Shown: positions 56,054 to 64,000 of the stretch, one piece after another
Numbering within the stretch: the stretch's first letter is position 1
Layout: every line of letters begins with the position of its first letter
DNA from: Longimicrobiales bacterium
Lineage (GTDB): Bacteria > Gemmatimonadota > Gemmatimonadetes > Longimicrobiales > Gaopeijiaceae
Reading direction: 5' to 3'
Length of the DNA: 64,000 nucleotides
Assembly (NCBI GenBank): GCA_965202805.1
Contig: OZ241869.1
Coordinates: 3,200,001 to 3,264,000 of the forward strand
Notes under the pieces: generated by a model
Databases searched by the model: none
The model's input: the letters and a program-made list of their open reading frames with translations, nothing else
What the model was told of the DNA's origin: nothing
Program-made: the position numbers and the translations under genes

Positions 56054-58906
56054 CTACCGTCCCCTCCGCGACCCCCTCCGGTTCATCGGTGTGCCCAGCC
56101 GGTACATCACCCGGAGCATGAAGTACTGCCCGAGCGAGTCCGTCCGCGACTCCTCGATGTAGTTTGCCGAATTGGTGATCGCGACGCCCTGGTTCTGGTT
56201 CAGGAGGTCGTAGGCCCGCAGCTCGATCTCGGCGCGTTCGTCGAGCACCCGCCGGGAGATGGCGGCATCCCAGCGCGCGACGTTGCGCGCCTCCCCGAAG
56301 AGTCCCTGGTCGAAGACACGGTGGCGGAAATCCGATTCCAGGGTCCAGGCGTTGTCGATGTGCCAGGTGGCTTCCGCGCGGTACTGGCTGTTGACGTAGC
56401 CGCGGTCGAGCTCATGGTTCAGCGAGTACGCGACGTCGTTGAAGTTGAAGCTGACAGAGGCGCGCACGTCCAGCCGGTCCTTCTCCCGGTTGTCCAACCC
56501 GATCTCGAGCGAGTTGCGCAGGATGCGGCTCTCGTTGGCCGTGTGGTTCACGAGCTCCGTCCCCTCGGAATAGCTGACGTCGTATTCGAGCTCGACATCG
56601 ATGCCCAGCCTCCGGACCGGGGTGTCGAAGTTGGCTCCCAGGCTGCCGGACCACTCGCCGCTGGTGTTGACCGGCATCCGCGTCTGAAAGCCGCGCTCGT
56701 CGAAAACCCGCGACATCGAGATGTTGTTGTCGGTGTAGGTGAAGCGGGTGAAGGTGCGGAGGTTGATGAAGGTCACCTCGTCGAACAGACGGAAATCGGC
56801 GTTGACGCGGTGCCTGTATTCCGGGCGCAGATCCGGGTTCCCGGAGTAGATGTTGAGGGGATCGGTGTTGTCGGCGTAGGGCTGGAGCTGCGTCAGCGAC
56901 GGCTCGCGGCTCGAGCCCTCGTAGCGGAGCTGGAGCGTCTGCCCTTCCTTGATCTCCTTCTTCAGCCGCGCGTTGCCGAGCAGGTGCGTGTAGCCGTTGG
57001 CGATGGACTCGTTCCGGCCCAGGATGACGCCGTCGAGGTTGGATCTCTGCACGCGGAGCCCGACCGTGAACCAGGAGTCGTCGGTATTCCGGCTGTAGCG
57101 GGTACCGCCCTGAAGATAGGTGTAGGCCCGTTCGAATCCCGAGCTCATGCGGGGGTTGTGGACGAGGGTGCCGTCGACGCGATCGTAGACCGCGTTGTTG
57201 CGGTCCTGGTGGGTCGCGTTGCGCTGGCCGAAGAGCTCGATCGTGTGCCCCTCCGCGAGCGGCTGCGTGAGCGAGAGGCGCGCCGAGTTGGTCCGGGTCC
57301 ACCCCACGCGCGAGTGGTCCTGCAGGATCTCGCGCACATCGTCGACATCGTCTTCGCCGTCCCTGGTGCGCCTCTCCCCGGTAACCAGCGAGGACAGGTC
57401 GGCGGAGACGTCGGAGTCCTCGAGGTCGCTCGTCAGCTCCGCGACGAGGCTGCGGCCCTCCTCGTTCAGGCGCTTGCGCCAGGTGAGCCGTCCGTCCCCG
57501 CCCAGCTCGTTCCCGTCCACCAGGTAGTCGGTGGTGGCGGAATTGAGCATGTCCCCGCCGAGGGTATGCGTCTGCCGATTGGCGATCGAGGTGAGCGACG
57601 ACGCGCGCGCGTTCCCTCTCACGCGTACCCGCAGCCCATGCCCCTCCGAGAATTCGACCTGCCCGTTCAGGTCCAGGCGATGACTCACATTGCCGGCTTC
57701 CTGTTTGCTGGTCTGGTCGACCAGCGACGCGACATCCGATCCGAAGAGGGCCCGCTGCTGCAGGCTGCGGTCCTGGAGATTGTCCAGCTGGCGGATGGTG
57801 TAGCTGCCCCGCAGCCAGGTCTCCTCGCTGAATTCCCGGCTTCCGTTGACCCCGAGGCTCATCGTCTCGGTAAGACCGTCGCTCGACCTCCCGCCCCGTC
57901 CACCCGGCATGCCGGCGGCGAGATTCGGGAAACCACTGCGGGAGCGTCCCTGGTTCACGTTGTTGGCGTTCGCGGTCAGGGCAAGCTGGACGGTGGGCGA
58001 GAAGCGATTCAGGGAAAGCGAACCGTTGTAGCGCGCTTCGGCGCCCACGGGCGCGGTAAGCCGGGCCCGGCTGCCCCCGTCGCCGCCGACGTCGCCCCTG
58101 GCGCGGCCGAAGTACCCGCTCCTCGCCTCCTCCTTGAGCTTCAGGTTGATCGTGCGCTCCTCTTCGCCGTCGGGAATGCCCGTGAACTCGGCCATGTCCG
58201 ACTCCTTGTCGTACACGGCGATCTGTTCGATGGCGTCCGCGGGCAGATTCTCCATCGCGACCGACGGGTCGTCGCCGAAGAACTCCTTGCCGTCCACGAG
58301 GATCTTCGCGACCGCTTCGCCCTGTGCCGTGATCGACCCGTCGGCGTCGACGTCGATCCCGGGAAGCCGCCGCAACAGCTCCTCGACGGTCGCGTTGGGG
58401 GGCGTCGGAAACGCCTGCACGTTGTAGCTGAAGGTGTCGCGCTGATTCACGAAGGGGACGTGTTCCACGCTGACCACCACCGAGTCCACTTCCAGCGCCG
58501 TCACCGCCAGCGCCACCCTGCCGGCGTCCACGTGCGTGTTCGCGACCTCGAAGTCGCGGCGCAGGGTCCGGTAGCCGATCAGCGTGACCTGGAGGATGTA
58601 GCCGCCCGCCGGCAGGCCCTCGATGGTGAAGCGTCCGTCCTGAGAGCTCAGCGTATACTCGGCCAGCACCGAGTCGGGTCTCGTGAGCGCGACCACCATG
58701 GCGTTGTGCAGCGCCGCGCCCATCGAGTCGGTGACGATCCCGCGCACATGGTACTCCGCGGGTGCCTGCGCGTGCGCGAACGTGGCCTGCGAGAGCACGA
58801 CCGCGACCTGCGAGAGCACGGCCATCACCAGAAAGGCAGGAACCCGGCCTCCGACGGTGAATCGGTGCCGGGCTCCTGCCCATTCCTGCTTCATCTTCCT
58901 GTCCAC
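56054..58906 (-). CDS. TonB-dependent-receptor-like outer-membrane beta-barrel protein with N-terminal carboxypeptidase-regulatory-like domain
   Basis: VEELLRRLPGIDVD, ILVDGKEFFGDDP, INLKLKE, GNPDLRPE, YFMLRVMY. Confidence 0.85.
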   Translation of the reverse strand: MDRKMKQEWAGARHRFTVGGRVPAFLVMAVLSQVAVVLSQATFAHAQAPAEYHVRGIVTDSMGAALHNAMVVALTRPDSVLAEYTLSSQDGRFTIEGLPAGGYILQVTLIGYRTLRRDFEVANTHVDAGRVALAVTALEVDSVVVSVEHVPFVNQRDTFSYNVQAFPTPPNATVEELLRRLPGIDVDADGSITAQGEAVAKILVDGKEFFGDDPSVAMENLPADAIEQIAVYDKESDMAEFTGIPDGEEERTINLKLKEEARSGYFGRARGDVGGDGGSRARLTAPVGAEARYNGSLSLNRFSPTVQLALTANANNVNQGRSRSGFPNLAAGMPGGRGGRSSDGLTETMSLGVNGSREFSEETWLRGSYTIRQLDNLQDRSLQQRALFGSDVASLVDQTSKQEAGNVSHRLDLNGQVEFSEGHGLRVRVRGNARASSLTSIANRQTHTLGGDMLNSATTDYLVDGNELGGDGRLTWRKRLNEEGRSLVAELTSDLEDSDVSADLSSLVTGERRTRDGEDDVDDVREILQDHSRVGWTRTNSARLSLTQPLAEGHTIELFGQRNATHQDRNNAVYDRVDGTLVHNPRMSSGFERAYTYLQGGTRYSRNTDDSWFTVGLRVQRSNLDGVILGRNESIANGYTHLLGNARLKKEIKEGQTLQLRYEGSSREPSLTQLQPYADNTDPLNIYSGNPDLRPEYRHRVNADFRLFDEVTFINLRTFTRFTYTDNNISMSRVFDERGFQTRMPVNTSGEWSGSLGANFDTPVRRLGIDVELEYDVSYSEGTELVNHTANESRILRNSLEIGLDNREKDRLDVRASVSFNFNDVAYSLNHELDRGYVNSQYRAEATWHIDNAWTLESDFRHRVFDQGLFGEARNVARWDAAISRRVLDERAEIELRAYDLLNQNQGVAITNSANYIEESRTDSLGQYFMLRVMYRLGTPMNRRGSRRGR

Positions 58907-59009
58907 ACCACCATCCCCGGTCCTTCTTCGGCGCCCCGACCCTGTTCGGGACCCCCGCCGGCGCTCGAAGTTGAACTTCGAACCCGCCGGCTCCCTGCGA
59001 GGTTCCTCC

Positions 59010-59825
59010 CTACAGCGGCCTGTTCGGGTTCGCCATCGTGCGCCACATGTGGGCGACCGGGCTGTTGTCGTAGCCCAGTCCTTCCTTCGGCTGCCTGAAC
59101 TGGCGCCCCATGATGTCGGTGAACACCTCGATATCGACGTCCATGTCGTCCTGGAACGCGTAGGTGTCGTTCACCGTGATCAGCCGCGCCTCGGCGTACC
59201 AGCTGTGGCCGCGGGCGTGCTCGTAGGCCTGCTTGATGTAGGGCTCCGGGACGTAGTCGTGGCCGAAGATGCGGTTGTACATCTCCGGATACTCGTACCC
59301 GAAAGCGTCATCGGCGTAGAAGCGCAGCGGGCCGTGGTAGCGGATGCCCCAGGCGACGCGCGGGTCCACGTAGGGCTCGATCAGCTGGGCGCCCCAGAAG
59401 CCGTGGTCCCCGCGGATGAGGTTGAGCACCACGTCGTGCATCAGGCACGCGAAGATGGTGCGCTCGGGCTGCCCCGTGGTGAGCGCGTGCGTGGCGCTCT
59501 GCAGGACGTGGTTCGCGGGCGCGAAGCGAAGCCGGAAGAAGTCGAGCAGCGTCGGCGCCTCCGGCATCGGCGGGAACTCGTCCTCGGTCGGCTGGAAGAG
59601 CCGTCCGGTGCCGCGCGGCGGCCGGGGTCCCTCCTGCTCCAGCTCCTCGAGGGTGATGATAGAGCCGGCTTCGCCGTCCGCCTCCCCCCGCCGTGCGGCG
59701 ATCTTCTTGTCCAGCTCGTCTTCCATGTAGTGCTCGAGAGCCTCCGCCTTGTCTTCGTGCGACATGACGGCGAGAGCACCCGCGGGAAGGCTTGCGAGGA
59801 AGGTTTTGCGATCGACTTCCACCAT
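59010..59825 (-). CDS. HD-domain protein (PhnZ-like metal-dependent enzyme)
   Basis: GGAGG RBS; NHVLQSAT...ACLMHD...DHG...IRYHG...ND. Confidence 0.75.
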   Translation of the reverse strand: MVEVDRKTFLASLPAGALAVMSHEDKAEALEHYMEDELDKKIAARRGEADGEAGSIITLEELEQEGPRPPRGTGRLFQPTEDEFPPMPEAPTLLDFFRLRFAPANHVLQSATHALTTGQPERTIFACLMHDVVLNLIRGDHGFWGAQLIEPYVDPRVAWGIRYHGPLRFYADDAFGYEYPEMYNRIFGHDYVPEPYIKQAYEHARGHSWYAEARLITVNDTYAFQDDMDVDIEVFTDIMGRQFRQPKEGLGYDNSPVAHMWRTMANPNRPL

Positions 59826-59957
59826 CTCGACCTCCAGCCAGGGTGAGCGGCCTCCCGTCGCCACCCGTTTCCGGCGACGGGAAGAGCCTTTGCATCCAAT
59901 TGACTAGTACGGCGCGCGTGCGCGTGCGGCAAGCGGAGCCCGTGCCTCTCGCGACTC

Positions 59958-60062
59958 GTGGCCACGGTTGCGCGCCACAGATCGTTGCCCGCAGGGTACG
60001 TTCGGACCGCGCTGAGGCTCATCGGCGACCTTGAACAGTTGAAACAGGGACACCCTCCATGA
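59958..60062 (+). pseudogene. HicA toxin remnant (C-terminal part only)
   Basis: ATVARHRSLPAGYVRTALRLIGDLEQLK resembles a HicA C-terminus; its stop overlaps the hicB ATG; an in-frame stop lies upstream at 59901. Confidence 0.55.
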
Positions 60063-60298
60063 AGGACGTTGAGTACTACGCAGGGCTCTCCTACCAGGAA
60101 GACGTGAGAATGGAGGATTGTACCGACGGTACCCGGTGCTACTTCGCGCGCGTCGCCGAGTTGCCCGGGTGCGAGAGTCACGGAGACACTGCGCAGGAGG
60201 CGTTGCGGAATCTGCAAGAGGCGAAGCGTCTCTTCATCGAGACCTTGCTGGAGAACGGGGTGAGACCTTCCGAGCCGTTCTCCGTCCAAGTGCCGTAA
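60059..60298 (+). CDS. hicB: HicB-family antitoxin
   Basis: YFARVAELPGCESHGDTAQEALRNLQEA signature. Confidence 0.88.
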   Translation: MKDVEYYAGLSYQEDVRMEDCTDGTRCYFARVAELPGCESHGDTAQEALRNLQEAKRLFIETLLENGVRPSEPFSVQVP

Positions 60299-60401
60299 GA
60301 CGACGCTTCTCCGCTGGACGTTGCAAGGGCGGCCCGCCCCCTCGCGTGGGACGGGCCGCAGCTCCTGCCCGACTGTCGGTCGGCCGGACCGCGTCGGCCG
60401 G

Positions 60402-62408
60402 CTACCCTGCGTCGGCCAGATCCCGCACAGCGTCCGCCAGCTTCTCCACCCTGCCGGAATCCAGCGCCCCGCCCGCGTCGCCGTCGAGCGCGTCCGCCAG
60501 CGAGCGCAGCGCGGAGGCCCGCGCCGAACCCGTCATGCCCTGGGCAGCGGACAGCTCGTCCCGCGCCGAAGCGATCCGGGCCGCGTCCAGGCCCCGGTGC
60601 CGCTCCAACTGGTCCAGATAGGCCCGGGCCAGCGCGAAGGTCGCCGGCCACTCGAAGATGGGCTGTCCCTGGGAGTTGAGATGGGTCAGGACTACGGCGT
60701 TGGCCGCGTCGATCTCGTTCCGGGTCAGGACCTCGCTCGGGACCAGCTCGAGGATGTCCAGCCCGCGCGCGATCTCCGAGTTGACGATCACCCCGTTGTA
60801 CCAGTAGACCGACCAGCTGCCGCCCATGCGCATCACTTCGCCGTCGACGGGTCCGCGGTCGAAGTAGGCGATCTCCACCGGATTGACGGGATCGGTCCAG
60901 TCGATCAGGGAGATGCCGCCCTGGTACCATCCCTGAATCATGATGTCGCGGCCGGGAATCGGAATGAGCGAGCCGTTGTGCGCGACGCAGTTTTCCTGCG
61001 GCGTCTGCGGCGCGGGCAGCTTGTAGTAGCTCTGGAACACCATCTCGCCGTCCTCGACGGTGAAGATGGCGTTGGCGCCCCACTCCTTCGGATCCGAGGC
61101 GCGGCACTTGGGGGAACCGCCGCCCCCCCACTCGTCGGTGAACATGACGGCGGTGCCGTCGTTGTTGAACGTCGCCGAGTGCCAGTACGAGAAGTTGGAG
61201 TCGGCTACCTCGGAGAGCCGCACCGGGTTCTCCGGGTCGCTGATGTCGATCAGCATGCCGTAGCCCTCGCAGGCCCCGCCCGCGAGCCCGATGGCCGGAT
61301 ACACGGTGATGTCGTGGCACTGCGTCGGACCGGAAGCCTCTCCGTGCGCCCCTCCCGTCATCTGCTCCATGATCGCCGGCAGGGCTTCGCGCAGCGCCGC
61401 GCTGTCGGCGGCGGTGGGGGGACCCTCGCCTCCGCGCCGGGCCACCATCTGCGCCAGCAGCGGCTCTATGTACCGGTCCGGCAGCACCACCGCCATGCCC
61501 ATCATCTCGATCACGAAGGCGCCGGTCTCGCGGGCAGCCTCGATCTCGGCGATATCGTCGGGGGCCAGACCGTGCGTGGGGGGCGCCACCAGGTCCTCGA
61601 AGATTCGGGGCGAGCTGACGATCGCCGCGCTGGCGGGATCGGCCAGGGGTACGCGGATGACCTCGATGCGGAAGAGCGCGGTGTTGGGATCCTCCTCGGG
61701 CGGCGCGTCGGAGCAGCCGGGGAGCTCTTCGGCGGGCCGTACCGGAGCCGAGCCGGAGACGTAGACGTAGACGTTCTCGTCGTCCCCGGGGTGTTCGAGC
61801 ACCGTGTGCGTGTGCGATCCGCGGCAGGTCTGCACGTTGGCGACGTATTCGGGCGCGGTGATGTCGGTGATGTCGAAGATGCGGATGCCGCGCAGCCGGT
61901 CGTGGCTCACGGCCTCCTCGATGCCCTCCCCGCCGCAGTCGAGCCGCCCGCCGAACCCCTCGCCCGAGACGAACAGCAGGTGCTCGTAGACGGAGACATC
62001 GCTCTGCGAGGCAGGGCACACGTAGCTGATCACCGACTCCGGGCTGGCCGGGTCGGAGATGTCCCAGATCTGGATGCCGTCGTAGTTGCCCTGGATGGCG
62101 TAGGGTCCGGTGAAGGCCAGGTCCGAGTTGGTCTGGCCCACGAAGGGCTCGGGCGGAGGCGTGGCCGAGACCAGGCGCAGGTTCCAGATCGCCTCGCCGG
62201 CGTCGAAGAGTCCGGGCGCCAGCCCCACGCGCGGGTCGGGCGTGGGCGGACTCACGCTCAGGGGCGCGAGACTCGCGGGGGCCGCGCCGGAATCGGGCGA
62301 CGAGTATCCCGCGCACGCGGGCAGAAGAACGAGCAGGGCCGCGCAGGCAGGAAGCGCGGACGGGCGCGCCGCTCGCAGGCGTTCACGGGTCCATGAGAGA
62401 GAGATCAT
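60402..62408 (-). CDS. LVIVD-repeat-type secreted lipoprotein, paralogue 2
   Basis: Lipobox LPAC; NSDLAF, VQTCRGSHTHT, CHDITVYP, YWHSATFNNDG, ENCVAHNG, GGSWSVYWYNG. Confidence 0.8.
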   Translation of the reverse strand: MISLSWTRERLRAARPSALPACAALLVLLPACAGYSSPDSGAAPASLAPLSVSPPTPDPRVGLAPGLFDAGEAIWNLRLVSATPPPEPFVGQTNSDLAFTGPYAIQGNYDGIQIWDISDPASPESVISYVCPASQSDVSVYEHLLFVSGEGFGGRLDCGGEGIEEAVSHDRLRGIRIFDITDITAPEYVANVQTCRGSHTHTVLEHPGDDENVYVYVSGSAPVRPAEELPGCSDAPPEEDPNTALFRIEVIRVPLADPASAAIVSSPRIFEDLVAPPTHGLAPDDIAEIEAARETGAFVIEMMGMAVVLPDRYIEPLLAQMVARRGGEGPPTAADSAALREALPAIMEQMTGGAHGEASGPTQCHDITVYPAIGLAGGACEGYGMLIDISDPENPVRLSEVADSNFSYWHSATFNNDGTAVMFTDEWGGGGSPKCRASDPKEWGANAIFTVEDGEMVFQSYYKLPAPQTPQENCVAHNGSLIPIPGRDIMIQGWYQGGISLIDWTDPVNPVEIAYFDRGPVDGEVMRMGGSWSVYWYNGVIVNSEIARGLDILELVPSEVLTRNEIDAANAVVLTHLNSQGQPIFEWPATFALARAYLDQLERHRGLDAARIASARDELSAAQGMTGSARASALRSLADALDGDAGGALDSGRVEKLADAVRDLADAG

Positions 62409-64000
62409 GCGTCCGCCAGGTCGCGCACCGCGTCCGCCAGCCTCTCGACCTTGGCTGAGTCCAGCGCCCCGCCGGCGTCCGAGCCGAGGGCGTCCGCCAG
62501 AGAACGAAGCGCCGAAGCGCGCGCCGACCCCATCATGCCTTCGGCGGCGGAGAGATCAGCCCGCGCCGATGCGATGCGGCCGGCATCCAGCCCGTTGTGC
62601 CGTTCCAGCTGGTCCAGGTAGGCCCGGGCCAGCGCGAAAGTCGCGGGCCACTCGAAGATGGGCTGCCCCTGGGAATTGAGCTGAGTCAGCGTGACCGAGT
62701 TGGCCGCGTCGATCTCGTTCTGGGTCATCACCTCGCTCGTCGTCAGCTCGAAGATGTCCAGCCCGCGCGCGATCTCGGAGTTGACGATCACGCCGTTGTA
62801 CCAGTAGACCGACCAGCTGCCGCCGCTCCTCATTACCTCGGCGTCGACCGGGCCGCGGTCGAAGAACGCGATCTCCACCGGATTGGCCGGATCGGTCCAG
62901 TCGATCAGGGAGATGCCGCCCTGGTACCAGCCCTGGATCATGATGTCGCGGCCGGGAATCGGGATCAGCGAGCCGTTGTGAGCGACGCAGTTCTCCAGCG
63001 TCGTCTGCGGGGCGGGCATCTTGTAGTAGCTCTGGAACACCATGTCGCCGTCCTCGATGGTGAAGATGGCGTTGGCGCCCCACTCCATGGGATCGGACTC
63101 GCGGCACTTGGGGGAGCCGCCGCCGCCCCATTCGTCGGTGAACATCACGGTCGTGCCGTCGTTGTTGAACGTCGCCGAGTGCCAGTAGGAGAAGTTCGAG
63201 TCGGCGACTTCGGAGAGCCGGAACGGGCTTTCGGGGTTGCTGATGTCGATCAGCATCCCGTACCCCCCGCAGGCGCCGCCCGCGAGCCCGATGTGCGGGT
63301 ACACGGTGATGTCATGGCACTGCGTGGGGCCGCTGTCGCCCCTCGCGGGGATCTGCGCTTCCAGTTCGGGAATCATCGCCCGCAGGGCTGCGCTGTCGGC
63401 GGCGGTGGGCGGACCTTCGCCGCCGCGCTGCTCCACGATACCTTCGAGCAGCTCGACCACCTGCCGGTCGCGCATCACCCTCGGCTGGCCCCGGACCTCC
63501 CAGACGAAGGCGCCGCGCTCGCGGGCTTCCTCGATCTCCACGAGGTCCGCCGGCGCGAGCCCGTGGGTGGGCGGTGCCGTCAGATCCCCGAAGATGCGGG
63601 GCGAGCTGACGATCTCGGCGCTGGCCGGATCCGCCAGCGGCACACGGATGACCTCGATGCGGAAGAGCGCCGTGTTGGGATCCTCCTCGAGCGGTGCGTC
63701 GGAACAGCCCGGGAGTTCTTCCGAGGGCCGGACCGTGGACGAGCCGGAGACGTAGACGTAGACGTTCTCGTCGTCGCCGGGGTGCTCGAGCACGGTGTGC
63801 GTGTGGGAGCCGCGGCAGGTCTGCACGTTGGCGACGTACTCCGGGTCGGTAATATCGGTGATGTCGAAGATGCGGATGCCGCGCAGCCGGTCGTGGCTCA
63901 CGGCCTCCTGGACTCCCTGGTCGCCGCAGTCGAGGCGCCCGCCGAGTCCTTCGCCCGACACGAAGAGCAGGTGCTCGTGGACGGAGACGTCGCTCTGCGA
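62405..64000 (-). CDS. LVIVD-repeat-type protein, paralogue 1 (5' end outside window)
   Basis: Nearly collinear with 60402-62408; stop overlaps that gene's ATG (ATGA). Confidence 0.8.
   Translation of the reverse strand, partial: SQSDVSVHEHLLFVSGEGLGGRLDCGDQGVQEAVSHDRLRGIRIFDITDITDPEYVANVQTCRGSHTHTVLEHPGDDENVYVYVSGSSTVRPSEELPGCSDAPLEEDPNTALFRIEVIRVPLADPASAEIVSSPRIFGDLTAPPTHGLAPADLVEIEEARERGAFVWEVRGQPRVMRDRQVVELLEGIVEQRGGEGPPTAADSAALRAMIPELEAQIPARGDSGPTQCHDITVYPHIGLAGGACGGYGMLIDISNPESPFRLSEVADSNFSYWHSATFNNDGTTVMFTDEWGGGGSPKCRESDPMEWGANAIFTIEDGDMVFQSYYKMPAPQTTLENCVAHNGSLIPIPGRDIMIQGWYQGGISLIDWTDPANPVEIAFFDRGPVDAEVMRSGGSWSVYWYNGVIVNSEIARGLDIFELTTSEVMTQNEIDAANSVTLTQLNSQGQPIFEWPATFALARAYLDQLERHNGLDAGRIASARADLSAAEGMMGSARASALRSLADALGSDAGGALDSAKVERLADAVRDLADA

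Noticed and set aside
55769..59098. 1109-aa plus-strand ORF (and similar long ORFs such as 16282-18531, 33006-35195, 60321-62396)
   Set aside because: Shadow or alternative frames of well-supported genes; no motifs; expected in high-GC DNA.
60402..64000. Diversity-generating retroelement template/variable pair
   Set aside because: Similarity spans whole genes, differences are not adenine-specific by eye, and no reverse transcriptase is in the window.

Overview
High-GC bacterial DNA. The gene content (lipoproteins with tandem Ig-like repeats, S9/M14 peptidases, TonB-type receptors) suggests Gemmatimonadota-like bacteria, but this is inference only. Positions ~1-15.5 kb are the right part of a decaying integrative element or defence island. 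It holds an internally deleted IS3, a solo PIN gene, relics of two DNA methylases, an intact minus-strand trio (large N6-adenine MTase, PLD-SNF2 helicase, ParB-like/HEPN-like protein), a broken GmrSD-AlbA fusion, AlpA-like relics, an unknown 311-aa protein and a tyrosine integrase. A HEPN-MNT pair follows the integrase. The rest is mostly transport and catabolism: a Na+/solute symporter, peptidases, a cobalamin-riboswitch-controlled btuB-DUF6580-btuF operon, lactate permease, a kinase-M23-aminotransferase fusion, the cory-CC-star/ArsA/CstA module, Ig-repeat surface lipoproteins and tandem LVIVD-type paralogues. Small accessory inserts interrupt it: Fic, a translationally coupled MqsR-MqsA-ParA/TPR triplet, and VapC and HicA relics. 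The best candidates for undescribed systems are the MqsR-MqsA-ATPase/TPR triplet (40830-43821) and the MTase/PLD-helicase/ParB-HEPN trio (1806-10547). No rRNA, tRNA or CRISPR array was seen. All family calls come from motif recognition by eye, not database searches.
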